DNA of 64,000 bases from Fluviicola sp. Lineage in GTDB: Bacteria > Bacteroidota > Bacteroidia > Flavobacteriales_D > Crocinitomicaceae. Below are positions 40,481 to 53,330 of the stretch, piece by piece (within the stretch, counting starts at the first letter, position 1; every line of letters begins with the position of its first letter). The stretch is taken from NCBI GenBank assembly GCA_049241705.1, contig JBMLQF010000196.1:17946-81945 (forward strand), written 5' to 3'. Below the pieces are notes generated by a model that did not search any database, was not told the origin of the DNA, and saw nothing but the letters and a program-made list of their open reading frames with translations. Position numbers and translations under genes: made by a program.

Positions 40481-40518
40481 CAATAGAAAATTCGGTTTCT
40501 CATTTTTAAAGTAATTTT

Positions 40519-40590
40519 GCCGGTGTAGCTCAGGGGTAGAGCGCTTCCTTGGTAAGGAAGAGGTCACGAGTTCAAATCTCGTCATTGGCT
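40519..40590 (+). tRNA. tRNA-Thr(GGT)
   Basis: CTTCC-TTGGTAA-GGAAG. Confidence 0.96.
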
Positions 40591-40673
40591 CACAGAGGAT
40601 TCACTCATGGGTAATGGGTGAAATTTTGTATTAGTAAGAATAAAGTTTATTAACTACGTAACAAATAAAACAA

Positions 40674-41861
40674 ATGGCTAAGGAAAGTTTTAATCGTTCC
40701 AAACCGCACGTTAACATTGGTACTATCGGTCACGTTGACCACGGTAAGACTACGTTAACAGCTGCAATTTCAAGTGTATTAGCGGCTAAAGGATTGGCTG
40801 CTGTTCGTGATTTCTCTTCAATTGACAACGCTCCTGAAGAAAAAGAACGTGGTATTACAATTAACACATCTCACATCGAGTACGAAACAGAAAACCGTCA
40901 CTACGCGCACGTTGACTGTCCAGGTCACGCCGACTACGTTAAGAACATGGTTACTGGTGCTGCTCAGATGGACGGAGCTATCTTGGTAGTTGCTGCTACA
41001 GATGGTCCAATGCCTCAAACTCGTGAGCACATCCTTCTTGGTCGTCAGGTAGGTGTTCCTCGCTTGGTTGTTTTCATGAACAAAGTTGACATGGTTGACG
41101 ACGCTGAGTTGTTAGAGCTTGTTGAAATGGAGGTTCGTGAATTGTTGTCTTTCTATGATTATGATGGTGACAACGCTCCAGTTATCAAAGGATCTGCTTT
41201 GGGTGCTTTGAACGGAGAGCCTCAGTGGGTTAAAACTGTTGAGGAGTTGATGGATGCTGTTGATACTTACATCGAATTGCCTCCACGTGACGTTGATAAA
41301 GCGTTCTTGATGCCAGTTGAAGATGTGTTTACGATTACTGGTCGTGGTACTGTAGCAACAGGTCGTATCGAAACTGGAGTTATCAACTCTGGAGATCCAG
41401 TTGAGATCTTGGGTATGGGTGAAGAGAAATTGACTTCTACTGTAACTGGGGTTGAGATGTTCCGTAAGATCTTGGATCGCGGAGAAGCTGGTGATAACGT
41501 AGGTTTGTTGTTGCGTGGTATTGAGAAATCTCAAATCAAGCGCGGTATGGTTATCTGTAAGCCAGGTTCAACTAAGCCTCACGCTGACTTCAAAGCTGAG
41601 ATCTATGTATTGAAGAAAGAAGAAGGTGGTCGTCACACGCCATTCCATAACAAATACCGTCCTCAGTTCTACTTCCGTACAACTGACGTAACTGGAGAGA
41701 TTTTCTTGACAGACGGACGTGAGATGGTAATGCCAGGTGATAACGTAACTATCAATGTTAAGTTGATCGTTCCTGTAGCAATGGACAAAGGTCTTCGTTT
41801 CGCTATCCGCGAAGGTGGACGTACAGTTGGTGCAGGTCAGGTTACTGAGATCATTGCATAA
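40674..41861 (+). CDS. tuf: Elongation factor Tu
   Basis: [29 protein letters not shown]. Confidence 0.99.
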   Translation: MAKESFNRSKPHVNIGTIGHVDHGKTTLTAAISSVLAAKGLAAVRDFSSIDNAPEEKERGITINTSHIEYETENRHYAHVDCPGHADYVKNMVTGAAQMDGAILVVAATDGPMPQTREHILLGRQVGVPRLVVFMNKVDMVDDAELLELVEMEVRELLSFYDYDGDNAPVIKGSALGALNGEPQWVKTVEELMDAVDTYIELPPRDVDKAFLMPVEDVFTITGRGTVATGRIETGVINSGDPVEILGMGEEKLTSTVTGVEMFRKILDRGEAGDNVGLLLRGIEKSQIKRGMVICKPGSTKPHADFKAEIYVLKKEEGGRHTPFHNKYRPQFYFRTTDVTGEIFLTDGREMVMPGDNVTINVKLIVPVAMDKGLRFAIREGGRTVGAGQVTEIIA

Positions 41862-41884
41862 TACTTCGTTGAAGATTTAATAAT

Positions 41885-41911
41885 GAGGGGAGTTCGTCTC
41901 CCCTCTTTTTT
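41885..41911 (+). terminator. Terminator-like hairpin directly abutting tRNA-Trp
   Basis: GAGGGGAG-TTCGT-CTCCCCTC-TTTTTT; the tRNA begins at the next base. Confidence 0.7.
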
Positions 41912-41984
41912 GCGGGTGTAGCTCAGCTGGTAGAGTAGTGGTCTCCAAAACCATTGGTCGTGGGTTCGAATCCTACCGCCCGCG
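41912..41984 (+). tRNA. tRNA-Trp(CCA)
   Basis: GTGGT-CTCCAAA-ACCAT anticodon arm; tuf-trnW-secE context. Confidence 0.96.
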
Positions 41985-42001
41985 CAAAATTTAAGTTTGC
42001 C

Positions 42002-42223
42002 GTGTCGAAATTTAGAAATTACATAAATGAAACGGTTACTGAGATGACTCAGAACGTAACTTGGCCAACTTGGAAAGAGTTGCAGAGCAATGCCCTAATT
42101 GTGGTGGTTGCCTCTGTGATCTTTGCTTTGTTGGTGTTTGTGATGGATACCGTTTTCGGTGTTACACCAAATGCTCAGGCCTCTTGGAAGGGTGTAGTAG
42201 GATTTATCTACTCGTTCATATAA
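42002..42223 (+). CDS. secE: Preprotein translocase subunit SecE
   Basis: VTWPTWKELQ plus TM; GTG start at 42002 because the longer ORF overlaps the tRNA. Confidence 0.9.
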   Translation: MSKFRNYINETVTEMTQNVTWPTWKELQSNALIVVVASVIFALLVFVMDTVFGVTPNAQASWKGVVGFIYSFI

Positions 42224-42232
42224 AATTGAGAG

Positions 42233-42784
42233 ATGGGAGATATTAAAAAACGTTGGTACGTAGTACGTGCAGTAAGCGGAAAAGAGAAAAAAGTAAAAGA
42301 ATACTTGGATCTCGAAATTTCGCGTTTAAAGCTGGATGATTACGTGTCTCAAGTGTTGATTCCAACAGAAAAAGTTTTTCAAATTCGAAACGGTAAGAAA
42401 ATTTCGAAGGAAAGAGCTTATTTACCTGGATATGTATTGATCGAAGCTGCCCTGATGGGTGAGGTACCTCACGTGATCAAAGGGATTCCGAATGTTATCG
42501 GTTTCTTGGGTGCTGAGAAAGGTGGAGATCCACAGCCAATGCGTTTGTCTGAGGTGAACCGGATCTTAGGTAAAGTAGATGAACTTTCTGAAACAGAAGA
42601 GGAAATGAAGATTCCTTTTGTTGTTGGAGAAAGTGTAAAAGTGATCGATGGTCCTTTCAACAACTTCTCAGGTGTGATCGATGAGATCAATGAAGAGAAG
42701 AAGAAATTGAAAGTAATGGTAAAGATCTTCGGTCGCAAAAACCTTTTGGAACTGTCCTACATGCAGGTAGAGAAAGAAGGGTAA
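42233..42784 (+). CDS. nusG: Transcription factor NusG
   Basis: WYVVRAVSGKE, YLPGYVLI, KOW motif VIDGPFNNF, IFGRK. Confidence 0.97.
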   Translation: MGDIKKRWYVVRAVSGKEKKVKEYLDLEISRLKLDDYVSQVLIPTEKVFQIRNGKKISKERAYLPGYVLIEAALMGEVPHVIKGIPNVIGFLGAEKGGDPQPMRLSEVNRILGKVDELSETEEEMKIPFVVGESVKVIDGPFNNFSGVIDEINEEKKKLKVMVKIFGRKNLLELSYMQVEKEG

Positions 42785-42868
42785 ACATGTATTAACCGCA
42801 GCAGTGGGTGAATGATTAAAGCTTCCCATTCAGTAAGCTCACGTTATGACTGCATAATTTAAATAACA

Positions 42869-43315
42869 ATGGCTAAAGAAGTAGCAGCATTGATCAAATT
42901 ACAGATCAAAGGTGGTGCAGCCAATCCAGCTCCTCCAGTTGGTCCCGCGCTAGGTGCGAAAGGGGTTAACATTATGGAATTCTGCAAACAATACAATGCG
43001 CGTACGCAGGATAAGCCTGGAAAGGTTCTACCATGTGTGATTACTGTATACAGTGACAAGTCGTTCGACTTCGTCATCAAAACTCCTCCTGCAGCAGTGC
43101 AGATTATCGAAAGCGCTAAGTTGAAAAAAGGTTCTTCCGAGCCTAACAAAAGCAAAGTTGGTACCATGACTTGGGATCAAATTCGCACAATCGCTGAAGA
43201 TAAAATGCCAGATATGAACTGTTTTACTGTTGATGCAGCAATGACAATGGTAGCAGGAACAGCAAGAAGTATGGGTGTAACTGTTAAAGGTGGTGATGCA
43301 CCGGCAACTAAATAA
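42869..43315 (+). CDS. rplK: 50S ribosomal protein L11
   Basis: [30 protein letters not shown]. Confidence 0.98.
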   Translation: MAKEVAALIKLQIKGGAANPAPPVGPALGAKGVNIMEFCKQYNARTQDKPGKVLPCVITVYSDKSFDFVIKTPPAAVQIIESAKLKKGSSEPNKSKVGTMTWDQIRTIAEDKMPDMNCFTVDAAMTMVAGTARSMGVTVKGGDAPATK

Positions 43316-43326
43316 TCGTTGACATC

Positions 43327-44022
43327 ATGGGAAGAATTTCTAAAAAAAGAAAAGAAGTTTTAGCTAAGTATGACTTAACTAAACCTTACACCTTGGTAGA
43401 TGCGTGTGAATTAGTTAAGAATATCACTACTACTAAGTTCGATGCTTCTGTTGATATCTCTGTACGTTTGGGAGTTGATCCACGTAAAGCGAATCAAATG
43501 GTTCGTGGTACTGTTGCATTGCCTCACGGAACTGGAAAGGATGTACGTGTACTTGTATTGTGTACTCCTGACAAAGAAGCTGAAGCAAAAGCATCTGGTG
43601 CAGACTACGTTGGATTGGACGATTTCATCGACAAGATCAAAGGTGGTTGGACAGACATCGACGTAATCATCACTATGCCTTCAGTAATGGGTAAAGTAGG
43701 TGCTTTAGGACGCGTTTTGGGTCCACGTGGATTGATGCCAAACCCAAAAACTGGTACTGTAACAATGGAAGTTGGTAAGGCAGTAGAAGAGGTGAAGGCA
43801 GGTAAAATTGACTTCAAAGTTGACAAGTATGGTAACATTCATACATCGATCGGTAAAGCTAGCTTCGAAGGAGCTAAGATCCGTGAAAATGCACATGAAT
43901 TGATCCAACAGTTGATCAAATTGAAGCCATCTGCTGCAAAAGGTACTTACATTAAAAGTATCTTCATCAGCTCTACGATGTCTCCAAGTATCCAGGTAGA
44001 TGCTAAATCTGTTGTAGCTTAA
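43327..44022 (+). CDS. rplA: 50S ribosomal protein L1
   Basis: [34 protein letters not shown]. Confidence 0.98.
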   Translation: MGRISKKRKEVLAKYDLTKPYTLVDACELVKNITTTKFDASVDISVRLGVDPRKANQMVRGTVALPHGTGKDVRVLVLCTPDKEAEAKASGADYVGLDDFIDKIKGGWTDIDVIITMPSVMGKVGALGRVLGPRGLMPNPKTGTVTMEVGKAVEEVKAGKIDFKVDKYGNIHTSIGKASFEGAKIRENAHELIQQLIKLKPSAAKGTYIKSIFISSTMSPSIQVDAKSVVA

Positions 44023-44035
44023 TTAATCTTGTAGT

Positions 44036-44557
44036 ATGACTAAAGATCAAAAATCACAGTACATTGACGATCTTGCTCAAGATTTATCTAAAGCAAACGT
44101 CTTCTATCTTGCAGATACAGCTGACCTTACAGTAGAAACAATTAACCAATTGCGTCGTCGTTGCTTTCAACAAGGTATCGAATTGCGCGTGGTGAAAAAC
44201 ACGCTTTTGGCGAAAGCTATGGAGCGCGTTGAGGGTAGAAATTATGGTGACTTGGCAGCAGTGCTAGGTGGTCCGACTTCTATCTTGTTTGCTGAAGTAG
44301 GGAATGCCCCTGCAAAATTGATCAAAGAATTCCGCAAAAAGAATGAGAAGCCACTTTTGAAAGGAGCTTACATTGAAGAAGCAATCTTTATTGGTGATAA
44401 CCAATTGGATGCGCTTGAAGCAATTAAGTCTCGTGAAGAATTGATTGGTGATATCATCGGATTGCTTCAAAGTCCTGCGAAAAACGTTGTTTCTGGACTT
44501 ACTGGGGCAGGTTCCAAAATTGCTGGAATCCTTAAAACGCTCGAAGAAAGAGCATAA
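44036..44557 (+). CDS. rplJ: 50S ribosomal protein L10
   Basis: VVKNTLL, SREELIGDIIGLLQSP. Confidence 0.96.
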   Translation: MTKDQKSQYIDDLAQDLSKANVFYLADTADLTVETINQLRRRCFQQGIELRVVKNTLLAKAMERVEGRNYGDLAAVLGGPTSILFAEVGNAPAKLIKEFRKKNEKPLLKGAYIEEAIFIGDNQLDALEAIKSREELIGDIIGLLQSPAKNVVSGLTGAGSKIAGILKTLEERA

Positions 44558-44599
44558 TTAATTTAATTTATTTAAGAACCTTTTTTAAAATTTATAAAA

Positions 44600-44977
44600 A
44601 TGGCTGATTTGAAACAAATCGCGGAAACGCTAGTTAACTTGACAGTTAAAGAAGTAAATGAACTTGCTGCAATCTTGAAAGATGAGTATGGTATCGAGCC
44701 TGCTGCTGCTGCTCCAGTAATGGTAGCTGGTGGTGCTGCTGGTGGTGGTGAAGCTGCTGCTGAGAAAACAGAATTCGATGTAATCTTGAAATCAGGAGGT
44801 GCTAACAAGTTGGCTGTAGTTAAACTTGTTAAGGAATTGACTGGTAACGGATTGAAAGAGTCTAAAGATATCGTTGACGGAGCACCTGCAACTTTGAAAG
44901 AAGCAGTTTCTAAAGACGAAGCTGAAGGCTTGAAGAAAGCTCTTGAAGAAGCTGGAGCTGAAGTAGAAATTAAGTAA
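44600..44977 (+). CDS. rplL: 50S ribosomal protein L7/L12
   Basis: [31 protein letters not shown]. Confidence 0.98.
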   Translation: MADLKQIAETLVNLTVKEVNELAAILKDEYGIEPAAAAPVMVAGGAAGGGEAAAEKTEFDVILKSGGANKLAVVKLVKELTGNGLKESKDIVDGAPATLKEAVSKDEAEGLKKALEEAGAEVEIK

Positions 44978-44991
44978 TTTATTACTTTTTT

Positions 44992-45035
44992 ACAGGAAAG
45001 GTGTCTGTCAATTGACGGATGCCTTATCCTGTTTT
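44992..45035 (+). terminator. Long hairpin between rplL and rpoB (attenuator-like)
   Basis: ACAGGA-AAGGTGTCTGTCA-AT-TGACGGATGCCTT-A-TCCTGT then TTT. Confidence 0.6.
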
Positions 45036-45084
45036 ACGGCTTATAGCCAACAAAAGTCCTTTTCTCAATTAAATTTTATTCGCC

Positions 45085-48000
45085 TTGGCAACATCAAGCA
45101 ATACATCAACGAGAATTAATTTTGCATCTAGCAAGAATCAGTTCGCATATCCGGATTTTCTGGATATTCAGCTTAAATCCTTCCAAGAGTTCTTCCAATT
45201 GGAAACAACTCCGGAAAACCGCGAAAGTGAAGGATTGTACAAGGTATTTGCGGAGAATTTCCCAATTACAGATACGCGAAACCAATTCGTGTTGGAATTC
45301 CTCGATTACTTTATTGATCCGCCTCGTTACACAATCGAAGAATGTATCGAGCGTGGTTTGACTTACAGCGTTCCGCTGAAAGCAAAATTGAAATTGTACT
45401 GTACGGATCCTGAGCACGAGGATTTCGAAACAATCGTGCAGGATGTTTATTTAGGTACAATTCCTTACATGACTCCAAAAGGGTCTTTCGTTATTAATGG
45501 TGCTGAGCGCGTTATCGTGTCACAGCTTCACCGTTCACCAGGAGTTTTCTTTGGACAAAGCCGTCACGCGAATGGTACTAAATTGTACTCCGCTCGTGTG
45601 ATCCCGTTCAAAGGTTCTTGGATCGAATTTGCAACGGACATCAACAGTGTAATGTACGCTTACATCGATCGTAAGAAGAAGTTGCCTGTAACTACTTTGT
45701 TCCGTGCAATTGGTTATGAAACAGATAAAGATATTTTAGAAATATTCGGACTTGCTGATGAAGTGAAAGCTAATAAAGCAAGTTTGAAAAAATGCGTTGG
45801 TCGTCGCTTGGCTGCACGTGTATTGAAGTCTTGGATTGAGGACTTTGGAGACGAAGATACAGGTGAAGTAGTGTCGATTGAGCGTAATGAGGTGATCTTG
45901 GATCGTGAAACGGTCTTGGAGGATCACCATATTGATTTGATCGTAGATGCAGGTGTTAAAACTGTGATCTTCCACAAAGAAGATGCAAACACTGCTGATT
46001 ATACGATTATCTACAATACGCTTCAAAAAGATACTTCGAACTCGGAGAAAGAAGCAGTAGAGCATATCTACCGTCAATTGCGTAATGCTGAACCACCTGA
46101 TTATGAAACAGCGAAAGGTGTATTTGAGAAGTTGTTTTTCTCGGATGCTCGCTACGACTTGGGTGAGGTAGGTCGTTACCGAATGAATAAAAAATTGAAT
46201 ATTGATAGTTCTGAGGAATCACGCGTGTTGACAAAACACGATATCCTTTCAATTATCAAGTATTTGATCGAATTGATCAACTCCAAAGCGGATGTGGATG
46301 ATATCGACCACTTGTCGAATCGTCGTGTACGTACAGTTGGTGAGCAATTGTATGCACAATTCGGTGTTGGTTTGGCACGTATGGCACGTACAATTCGTGA
46401 GCGTATGAACGTTCGTGATAACGAGGTCTTCACGCCAATCGATTTGATCAATGCAAAAACACTTTCTTCTGTGATTAACTCGTTCTTCGGAACAAACCAG
46501 TTATCTCAGTTCATGGATCAAACAAACCCGCTTTCTGAGGTTACTCATAAGCGTCGTTTGTCTGCACTTGGACCAGGTGGTCTATCTCGTGAACGTGCTG
46601 GTTTCGAGGTACGTGACGTTCACTATACTCACTACGGTCGTTTGTGTACGATCGAAACACCGGAAGGTCCAAACATTGGTTTGATCTCTTCTTTGTGTGT
46701 ATTTGCGAAAGTAAATAAACTTGGATTCATCGAAACGCCATACCGCAAAGTAGCTAATGGTAAAGTGGATATTTCCAGCGAGCCAATCTATTTGTCGGCA
46801 GAGGAGGAAGATGCAAAAATGATCGCTCAGGCGAACGCGAACGTGGATGACAAAGGTAATTTCTTGTCTGATGTGGTTAAAGCGCGTTACGAAGGTGACT
46901 TCCCAGTTGTTGCTCCAACAGAATTGAACTTGATGGACGTAGGTGCTAACCAGATCGCTTCGATCGCGGCATCTTCCATTCCGTTCTTGGAGCACGATGA
47001 TGCGAACCGTGCCTTGATGGGATCTAACATGCAACGTCAGGCTGTTCCACTATTGAAGCCACAAGCTCCGGTAGTAGGTACAGGTATTGAGCAGTTGGTT
47101 GCACGTGACTCACGTGTATTGATTAATGCTGAAGGGCCAGGTTCTGTTGAGTACGTAGATGCGAATGAGATCGTTATCCGCTACGACTGGTCTGATGAAG
47201 ATAAATTAGTAAGCTTCGACAGCGAGGTGACACGTTATCCATTAACGAAGTTCCAGAAAACAAACCAAAGTACAACAATCAACTTGAAGCCGATCGTTCG
47301 CAAAGGGGACCGAATTGAGAAAGGGCAGGTTCTATGCGAAGGTTATGCTACACAAGGAGGTGAGTTGGCATTGGGTCAAAACTTGAAAGTGGCATTCATG
47401 CCATGGAAGGGTTACAACTTCGAGGATGCGATCGTGATCTCTGAGCGTGTTGTACGCGATGATATTTTTACTTCCATTCATATCGATGAATATGCGTTGG
47501 AAGTACGTGATACGAAACGTGGTATGGAAGAATTGACTTCTGATATCCCGAACGTATCTGAAGAAGCAACAAAAGACTTGGATGAGAACGGTTTGATCCG
47601 TATCGGTGCTGAGATCAAAGAAGGAGACATCTTGATTGGTAAGATTACACCGAAAGGTGAAACAGATCCATCTCCAGAAGAGAAATTGTTGCGTGCGATC
47701 TTCGGTGATAAAGCTGGAGACGTAAAAGATGCTTCATTGAAAGCAGGTCCATCTTTGCGTGGTGTGGTGATCGACAAGAAATTGTTTAGCCGTGCTATCA
47801 AGGATCGTAAATCTAAAGCTCAAGACAAACCAGTTTTGGAGGTCTTGGACACAGAATACGAGAAGGATTATGCAGCGTTGAAAGAGCGTTTAGTAGAGAA
47901 ATTGTTGGCTGTATTGGGCGAGCATAAATCTGCTGGGGTCTTCAATAACTTCAAAGAAGAGATCATTAAGAAAGGAACTAAGTTCGCTGCAAAAAACTTG

Positions 48001-48897
48001 TTGGCTATCGATTACACGATCGTGAACCCAACTGGTTGGACAGCTGATACACATGTGAATACATTGATCAGCCGCGTATTGCACAACTTTACGATCAAAG
48101 CCAACGACCTATTGGGTGTATACAAGCGTAAGAAATTCCACATCTCTGTTGGTGATGAGTTGCCAGCAGGAATCGTGAAAATGGCTAAAGTATACGTTGC
48201 CCAGAAACGTAAATTGAAAGTTGGTGATAAAATGGCGGGTCGTCACGGTAACAAAGGTATCGTTGCGAACATCGTTCGTGCTGAAGACATGCCATTCTTA
48301 GAAGATGGAACTCCGGTTGATATCGTGTTGAACCCACTTGGGGTACCATCACGTATGAACCTTGGTCAGATTTACGAAACCGTTTTGGGTTGGGCAGGTC
48401 AAAAACTAGGAGTGAAGTTTGCTACGCCGATTTTCGATGGTGCGAAACCATATGAAATCAACGAATGGACGGATAAAGCAGATGTTCCACGTTCAGGCAA
48501 AACTTACTTGTTTGATGGAGGTACTGGAGAGCGTTTCCACCAGCCGGCAACAGTAGGTGTTATCTATATGTTGAAACTATCTCACATGGTAGACGACAAA
48601 ATGCACGCACGTTCGATCGGACCATACTCGTTGATTACGCAACAGCCACTTGGTGGTAAGGCGCAGTTCGGAGGTCAGCGTTTCGGTGAGATGGAGGTTT
48701 GGGCATTGGAGGCATTTGGTGCAGCTAATATCCTACAAGAGATCTTGACCGTGAAGTCTGATGACGTGATGGGTCGTGCGAAAGCTTACGAGGCAATCGT
48801 GAAAGGTGATAACATTCCTGAACCAGGAATTCCTGAATCATTCAACGTATTGTTGCATGAATTGAGAGGTCTTGGATTGAATGTGTCTATGGACTAA
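45085..48897 (+). CDS. rpoB: RNA polymerase beta subunit
   Basis: TTG start; [37 protein letters not shown]. Confidence 0.99.
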   Translation: MATSSNTSTRINFASSKNQFAYPDFLDIQLKSFQEFFQLETTPENRESEGLYKVFAENFPITDTRNQFVLEFLDYFIDPPRYTIEECIERGLTYSVPLKAKLKLYCTDPEHEDFETIVQDVYLGTIPYMTPKGSFVINGAERVIVSQLHRSPGVFFGQSRHANGTKLYSARVIPFKGSWIEFATDINSVMYAYIDRKKKLPVTTLFRAIGYETDKDILEIFGLADEVKANKASLKKCVGRRLAARVLKSWIEDFGDEDTGEVVSIERNEVILDRETVLEDHHIDLIVDAGVKTVIFHKEDANTADYTIIYNTLQKDTSNSEKEAVEHIYRQLRNAEPPDYETAKGVFEKLFFSDARYDLGEVGRYRMNKKLNIDSSEESRVLTKHDILSIIKYLIELINSKADVDDIDHLSNRRVRTVGEQLYAQFGVGLARMARTIRERMNVRDNEVFTPIDLINAKTLSSVINSFFGTNQLSQFMDQTNPLSEVTHKRRLSALGPGGLSRERAGFEVRDVHYTHYGRLCTIETPEGPNIGLISSLCVFAKVNKLGFIETPYRKVANGKVDISSEPIYLSAEEEDAKMIAQANANVDDKGNFLSDVVKARYEGDFPVVAPTELNLMDVGANQIASIAASSIPFLEHDDANRALMGSNMQRQAVPLLKPQAPVVGTGIEQLVARDSRVLINAEGPGSVEYVDANEIVIRYDWSDEDKLVSFDSEVTRYPLTKFQKTNQSTTINLKPIVRKGDRIEKGQVLCEGYATQGGELALGQNLKVAFMPWKGYNFEDAIVISERVVRDDIFTSIHIDEYALEVRDTKRGMEELTSDIPNVSEEATKDLDENGLIRIGAEIKEGDILIGKITPKGETDPSPEEKLLRAIFGDKAGDVKDASLKAGPSLRGVVIDKKLFSRAIKDRKSKAQDKPVLEVLDTEYEKDYAALKERLVEKLLAVLGEHKSAGVFNNFKEEIIKKGTKFAAKNLLAIDYTIVNPTGWTADTHVNTLISRVLHNFTIKANDLLGVYKRKKFHISVGDELPAGIVKMAKVYVAQKRKLKVGDKMAGRHGNKGIVANIVRAEDMPFLEDGTPVDIVLNPLGVPSRMNLGQIYETVLGWAGQKLGVKFATPIFDGAKPYEINEWTDKADVPRSGKTYLFDGGTGERFHQPATVGVIYMLKLSHMVDDKMHARSIGPYSLITQQPLGGKAQFGGQRFGEMEVWALEAFGAANILQEILTVKSDDVMGRAKAYEAIVKGDNIPEPGIPESFNVLLHELRGLGLNVSMD

Positions 48898-48952
48898 ACT
48901 GACACTTTCGTCAGGAATTGAATTGTCAAATTGATTTAAAGAAAGTTATACA

Positions 48953-51900
48953 ATGGCTTACAGAAAAGAAACACCGAAAAAACAAAGTAGCTTCAACAAG
49001 ATCACGATCTCGTTGGCTTCTCCTGAGGTGATCCTCGAGCAATCCAGTGGGGAGGTGCTCAAGCCTGAAACGATCAACTACCGTACTTATAAGCCTGAAA
49101 GAGATGGTTTGTTCTGCGAACGCATCTTCGGACCGGTGAAAGATTACGAGTGCCACTGTGGAAAATACAAGCGTATCCGTTACAAAGGAATTGTTTGTGA
49201 CCGTTGTGGTGTTGAGGTAACTGAAAAGAAAGTACGTCGTGAGCGTATGGGACACATTTCATTGGTGGTTCCTGTAGCACACATCTGGTACTTCCGTTCA
49301 TTGCCAAACAAAATTGGTTATTTGTTAGGTCTTCCAACAAAGAAATTGGATCAGATCATTTATTACGAGCGTTATGTAGTTATTCAAGCTGGTATCGCTA
49401 CGAATTTGGATGGTTCATCTTTGGCTGAGAAAGATTTCTTAACAGAAGAAGAATATTTGGATATCCTGGATACACTTCCACGTGAGAACCAATACTTGGA
49501 GGATACAGATCCAAACAAGTTCATCGCGAAGATGGGTGCAGAAGCATTGTACGATCTTTTGCGCAAACTTGATTTGGAGACCTTGTCTTACGATTTGCGT
49601 CACCAGGCAAACACAGAAACTTCAGTGCAACGTAAACACGAAGCATTGAAGCGTTTGCAAGTGGTTGAAGCAATGCGTGAGTCTCAAACACGTATTGAAA
49701 ACCGTCCTGAATGGATGGTAGTGAAAGTAGTACCGGTTATTCCACCAGAATTGCGTCCATTGGTTCCACTAGATGGTGGTCGATTCGCAACTTCGGATTT
49801 GAATGACCTTTACCGTCGTGTGATCATCCGTAACAACCGTTTGAAGCGTTTGATCGAGATCAAAGCTCCTGAAGTTATCTTACGTAACGAGAAACGTATG
49901 TTGCAAGAGGCTGTCGATTCATTGTTCGACAACTCACGTAAAGCATCTGCGGTTAAAACGGAATCAAATCGTCCGTTGAAATCCCTTTCTGATTCCTTGA
50001 AAGGTAAACAAGGTCGTTTCCGTCAAAACTTGTTGGGTAAACGTGTTGACTATTCAGCTCGTTCGGTAATTGTTGTTGGACCAGAATTGAAATTACACGA
50101 GTGTGGTTTGCCAAAAGACATGGCTGCGGAACTTTACAAGCCGTTCATTATCCGTAAGATGATTGAGCGTGGTATTGTGAAGACGGTTAAATCTGCAAAG
50201 AAGATCGTTGATCGCAAAGAGCCAGTTGTTTGGGATATCTTGGAGAATGTATTGAAAGGACACCCGGTACTATTGAACCGTGCTCCTACGCTTCACCGTT
50301 TGGGTATCCAGGCATTCCAACCGAAATTGATCGAAGGAAAAGCAATTCGCCTTCACCCATTGGTAACTACGGCATTCAACGCCGATTTCGATGGTGACCA
50401 GATGGCGGTTCACTTACCATTAGGTAACGCTGCAATCCTTGAAGCACAATTGTTGATGTTGGCATCACACAATATCTTGAACCCTGCGAATGGAGCACCG
50501 ATTGCGGTACCTTCTCAAGACATGGTATTGGGTCTTTACTACATCACTAAAGGCCGTAAATCAACTGAAGAACGTAAAGTGAATGGAGAAGGAAGTATCT
50601 TCTATTCTCCTGAAGAAGTGATTATTGCATACAATGAAGGTAAATTGGATCTTCACGCGCACATCAAAGTGAAATCTTATGATTTGAACGAAGAAGGTGT
50701 TCCTGCATTGCAAATGATCGATACTACTTGCGGACGCGTATTGTTCAACGAGGTAGTGCCACGCGAAGTTGGATTCATCAATGACGTATTGACGAAAAAA
50801 GCATTGCGTGACATTATCGGACACGTGTTGAAGACATGTGGAACAGCGAAGTCTGCAAAATTCTTGGATGATATCAAAGAGATGGGTTACCAAATGGCAT
50901 TCCGTGGTGGTTTGTCGTTCAACTTGGATCACATTATCATTCCGAAAGAAAAAGAAACGTTGGTTGCTAAGGCTGAGACCGAAGTGAAAGAAGTGATGAT
51001 GAACTATAACATGGGTCTTATCACGAATAACGAACGTTACAATCAGATCATTGATATTTGGACGCATACAAACTCGCGCTTGACAAATACCTTGATGGAG
51101 CAATTGAAGAACGACGACCAAGGATTCAATTCGATCTATATGATGTTTGACTCTGGAGCGCGTGGTTCGAAAGAGCAAATCCGTCAGTTGTCTGGTATGC
51201 GTGGATTGATGGCGAAACCACAAAAATCTGGTGCTTCTGCCCAAGAGATTATTGAAAACCCAATCCTTTCTAACTTTAAGGAAGGTCTTTCGATCTTGGA
51301 GTACTTCATCTCAACGCACGGTGCTCGTAAAGGTTTGGCCGATACCGCATTGAAAACAGCGGATGCGGGTTACTTGACTCGTCGTTTGGTGGACGTAGCA
51401 CAAGATGTGGTGATCAATGCTGAAGACTGTGGTACATTGCGCGGATTGGTTGCAACAGCATTGAAAAAGAATGATGATATCGTTGAACCATTGGTTGACC
51501 GTATTTTGGGTCGTACATCGGTGCACGATATTTACAATCCTGAAACAGAAGAATTGATTGTTTCTGCTGGTGAATTGATCTCTGAAAGCGTTGCTGATGC
51601 GATTGAAAAAGCTGGTATCGAAGAAGTGGAGATCCGTTCTGTATTGACTTGTGAAATGCGTCGCGGAGTATGTTCGAAATGTTACGGACGTAACTTGGCA
51701 ACCCACCGAAATGCACAAGAAGGAGATGCTGTTGGAGTTATCGCTGCGCAATCCATTGGTGAGCCGGGTACACAGTTGACACTTCGTACATTCCACGTGG
51801 GTGGTACGGCATCGAACATTGCTGATGAATCCGATTTGAAAGCAAAATCTGCTGGTAAAATGGAGATCGACGAGTTGCGTACCATTACACGTAAAGGTAC

Positions 51901-53236
51901 AGATGGCACAGAGAAAACAATCGTTGTTGGACGTTCTGCTGAATTGAAGATCTCGGACCCGAAAACAGGTGTTGTTTTGATGACCGCAAACATCCCTTAC
52001 GGGGCTGAAATGGTAATCGAAAATAACGTGACTGTGAAGAAAGGTGACGTGATCTGTAAGTGGGACCCGTATAACGCCGTGATCATTTCGGAAGTTTCCG
52101 GTAAAGTAGTATTCGAAAATATCATTGAAGGGATTACTTACCGTGAAGAAGTCGATGAGCAAACAGGATTTACTGAGAAAGTGATCATCGAATCTCGCGA
52201 TAAAAAGAAAAACCCTGCAATCCATATCATCGATCCGAAAACAAAAGAGGTACTGCGCGAATACAACATTCCGGTTGACTCTCACATTTCGGTAGGTGAA
52301 GGAGATAAAGTAGAAGAAGGTGTGATCCTTGTGAAGATTCCACGTGTCGCTGGTAAAACCGGGGATATCACCGGAGGTCTTCCACGTGTAACGGAATTAT
52401 TCGAAGCACGTAATCCTTCAAACCCTGCGGTTGTTTCTGAGATCGACGGTATCGTTGAGTTTGGTAAAATCAAACGTGGTAACCGTGAGATCCAGGTAAC
52501 TTCTAAAACGGATGAAGTTCGCAAATACTTGGTGCCACTTTCTAAGCATATCTTGGTACAGGAAAATGATTTCGTTCGTGCTGGTCAACCATTGTCTGAT
52601 GGTGCGATCACACCAAATGATATCTTGAATATCCAAGGTCCTACGAAAGTACAAGAGTACATCGTGAACGAAATCCAAGAGGTTTACCGTTTGCAAGGGG
52701 TGAAGATTAACGACAAACACTTTGAAGTAATCGTACGTCAAATGATGTTGAAAGTGGAGATCGTTGATGCTGGAGATACACGTTTCTTGGAAGGACAATC
52801 TGTACACAAAGCAGATTTCATGGAAGAGAACGATGCGATCTACGGAATGAAGGTTGTTGTGGATGCTGGTGATTCAACTGCGTTGAAGGCCGGACAAATC
52901 GTAACAGCGCGCAAATTGCGTGACGAGAATTCTCAATTGAAACGTGCTGATAAGCGCTTGGTTGAATCTCGTGATGCAGTTCCTGCTACTTCAACACCAT
53001 TGTTGCAAGGTATCACACGTGCATCATTGCAAACGCAGTCGTTCATTTCTGCTGCTTCCTTCCAGGAAACAACGAAAGTATTGAACGAGGCAGCAATCTC
53101 AGGAAAAGAAGACCACTTGTTAGGATTGAAGGAGAACGTGATCGTAGGTCACTTGATCCCAGCCGGTACAGGTGTTCGCAAGTTCCAAAAAGTGATCGTT
53201 GCAAACAAAGAAGAATTGGAAGCTATTCAAGCTTAA
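48953..53236 (+). CDS. rpoC: RNA polymerase beta' subunit
   Basis: [10 protein letters not shown], zinc-binding Cys residues, [20 protein letters not shown]. Confidence 0.99.
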   Translation: MAYRKETPKKQSSFNKITISLASPEVILEQSSGEVLKPETINYRTYKPERDGLFCERIFGPVKDYECHCGKYKRIRYKGIVCDRCGVEVTEKKVRRERMGHISLVVPVAHIWYFRSLPNKIGYLLGLPTKKLDQIIYYERYVVIQAGIATNLDGSSLAEKDFLTEEEYLDILDTLPRENQYLEDTDPNKFIAKMGAEALYDLLRKLDLETLSYDLRHQANTETSVQRKHEALKRLQVVEAMRESQTRIENRPEWMVVKVVPVIPPELRPLVPLDGGRFATSDLNDLYRRVIIRNNRLKRLIEIKAPEVILRNEKRMLQEAVDSLFDNSRKASAVKTESNRPLKSLSDSLKGKQGRFRQNLLGKRVDYSARSVIVVGPELKLHECGLPKDMAAELYKPFIIRKMIERGIVKTVKSAKKIVDRKEPVVWDILENVLKGHPVLLNRAPTLHRLGIQAFQPKLIEGKAIRLHPLVTTAFNADFDGDQMAVHLPLGNAAILEAQLLMLASHNILNPANGAPIAVPSQDMVLGLYYITKGRKSTEERKVNGEGSIFYSPEEVIIAYNEGKLDLHAHIKVKSYDLNEEGVPALQMIDTTCGRVLFNEVVPREVGFINDVLTKKALRDIIGHVLKTCGTAKSAKFLDDIKEMGYQMAFRGGLSFNLDHIIIPKEKETLVAKAETEVKEVMMNYNMGLITNNERYNQIIDIWTHTNSRLTNTLMEQLKNDDQGFNSIYMMFDSGARGSKEQIRQLSGMRGLMAKPQKSGASAQEIIENPILSNFKEGLSILEYFISTHGARKGLADTALKTADAGYLTRRLVDVAQDVVINAEDCGTLRGLVATALKKNDDIVEPLVDRILGRTSVHDIYNPETEELIVSAGELISESVADAIEKAGIEEVEIRSVLTCEMRRGVCSKCYGRNLATHRNAQEGDAVGVIAAQSIGEPGTQLTLRTFHVGGTASNIADESDLKAKSAGKMEIDELRTITRKGTDGTEKTIVVGRSAELKISDPKTGVVLMTANIPYGAEMVIENNVTVKKGDVICKWDPYNAVIISEVSGKVVFENIIEGITYREEVDEQTGFTEKVIIESRDKKKNPAIHIIDPKTKEVLREYNIPVDSHISVGEGDKVEEGVILVKIPRVAGKTGDITGGLPRVTELFEARNPSNPAVVSEIDGIVEFGKIKRGNREIQVTSKTDEVRKYLVPLSKHILVQENDFVRAGQPLSDGAITPNDILNIQGPTKVQEYIVNEIQEVYRLQGVKINDKHFEVIVRQMMLKVEIVDAGDTRFLEGQSVHKADFMEENDAIYGMKVVVDAGDSTALKAGQIVTARKLRDENSQLKRADKRLVESRDAVPATSTPLLQGITRASLQTQSFISAASFQETTKVLNEAAISGKEDHLLGLKENVIVGHLIPAGTGVRKFQKVIVANKEELEAIQA

Positions 53237-53257
53237 TCCATAAGAATCACAAAAAAG

Positions 53258-53289
53258 AAATCCCCAGACCATTGGTCCGGGGATTTTTT
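53258..53289. terminator. Terminator after rpoC, probably bidirectional
   Basis: AAATCCCC-AGACC-ATT-GGTC-C-GGGGATTT with flanking A and T runs. Confidence 0.75.
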
Positions 53290-53330
53290 GTTTTGGATCC
53301 TACCAAGATGAAAAGCTATTTCTGGTTAGG

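Noticed and set aside
46480-46620. Rifampicin-resistance substitutions or an intein in rpoB/rpoC
   Set aside because: Cluster I reads [23 protein letters not shown] with the canonical D, H and S residues; subunit lengths are normal for Bacteroidota.
50561-52807. Long antisense ORFs (227, 324 and 129 aa) inside rpoC, and similar ones in rpoB, tuf, rluD and czcA
   Set aside because: Shadows of strongly codon-biased sense genes; no protein motifs.
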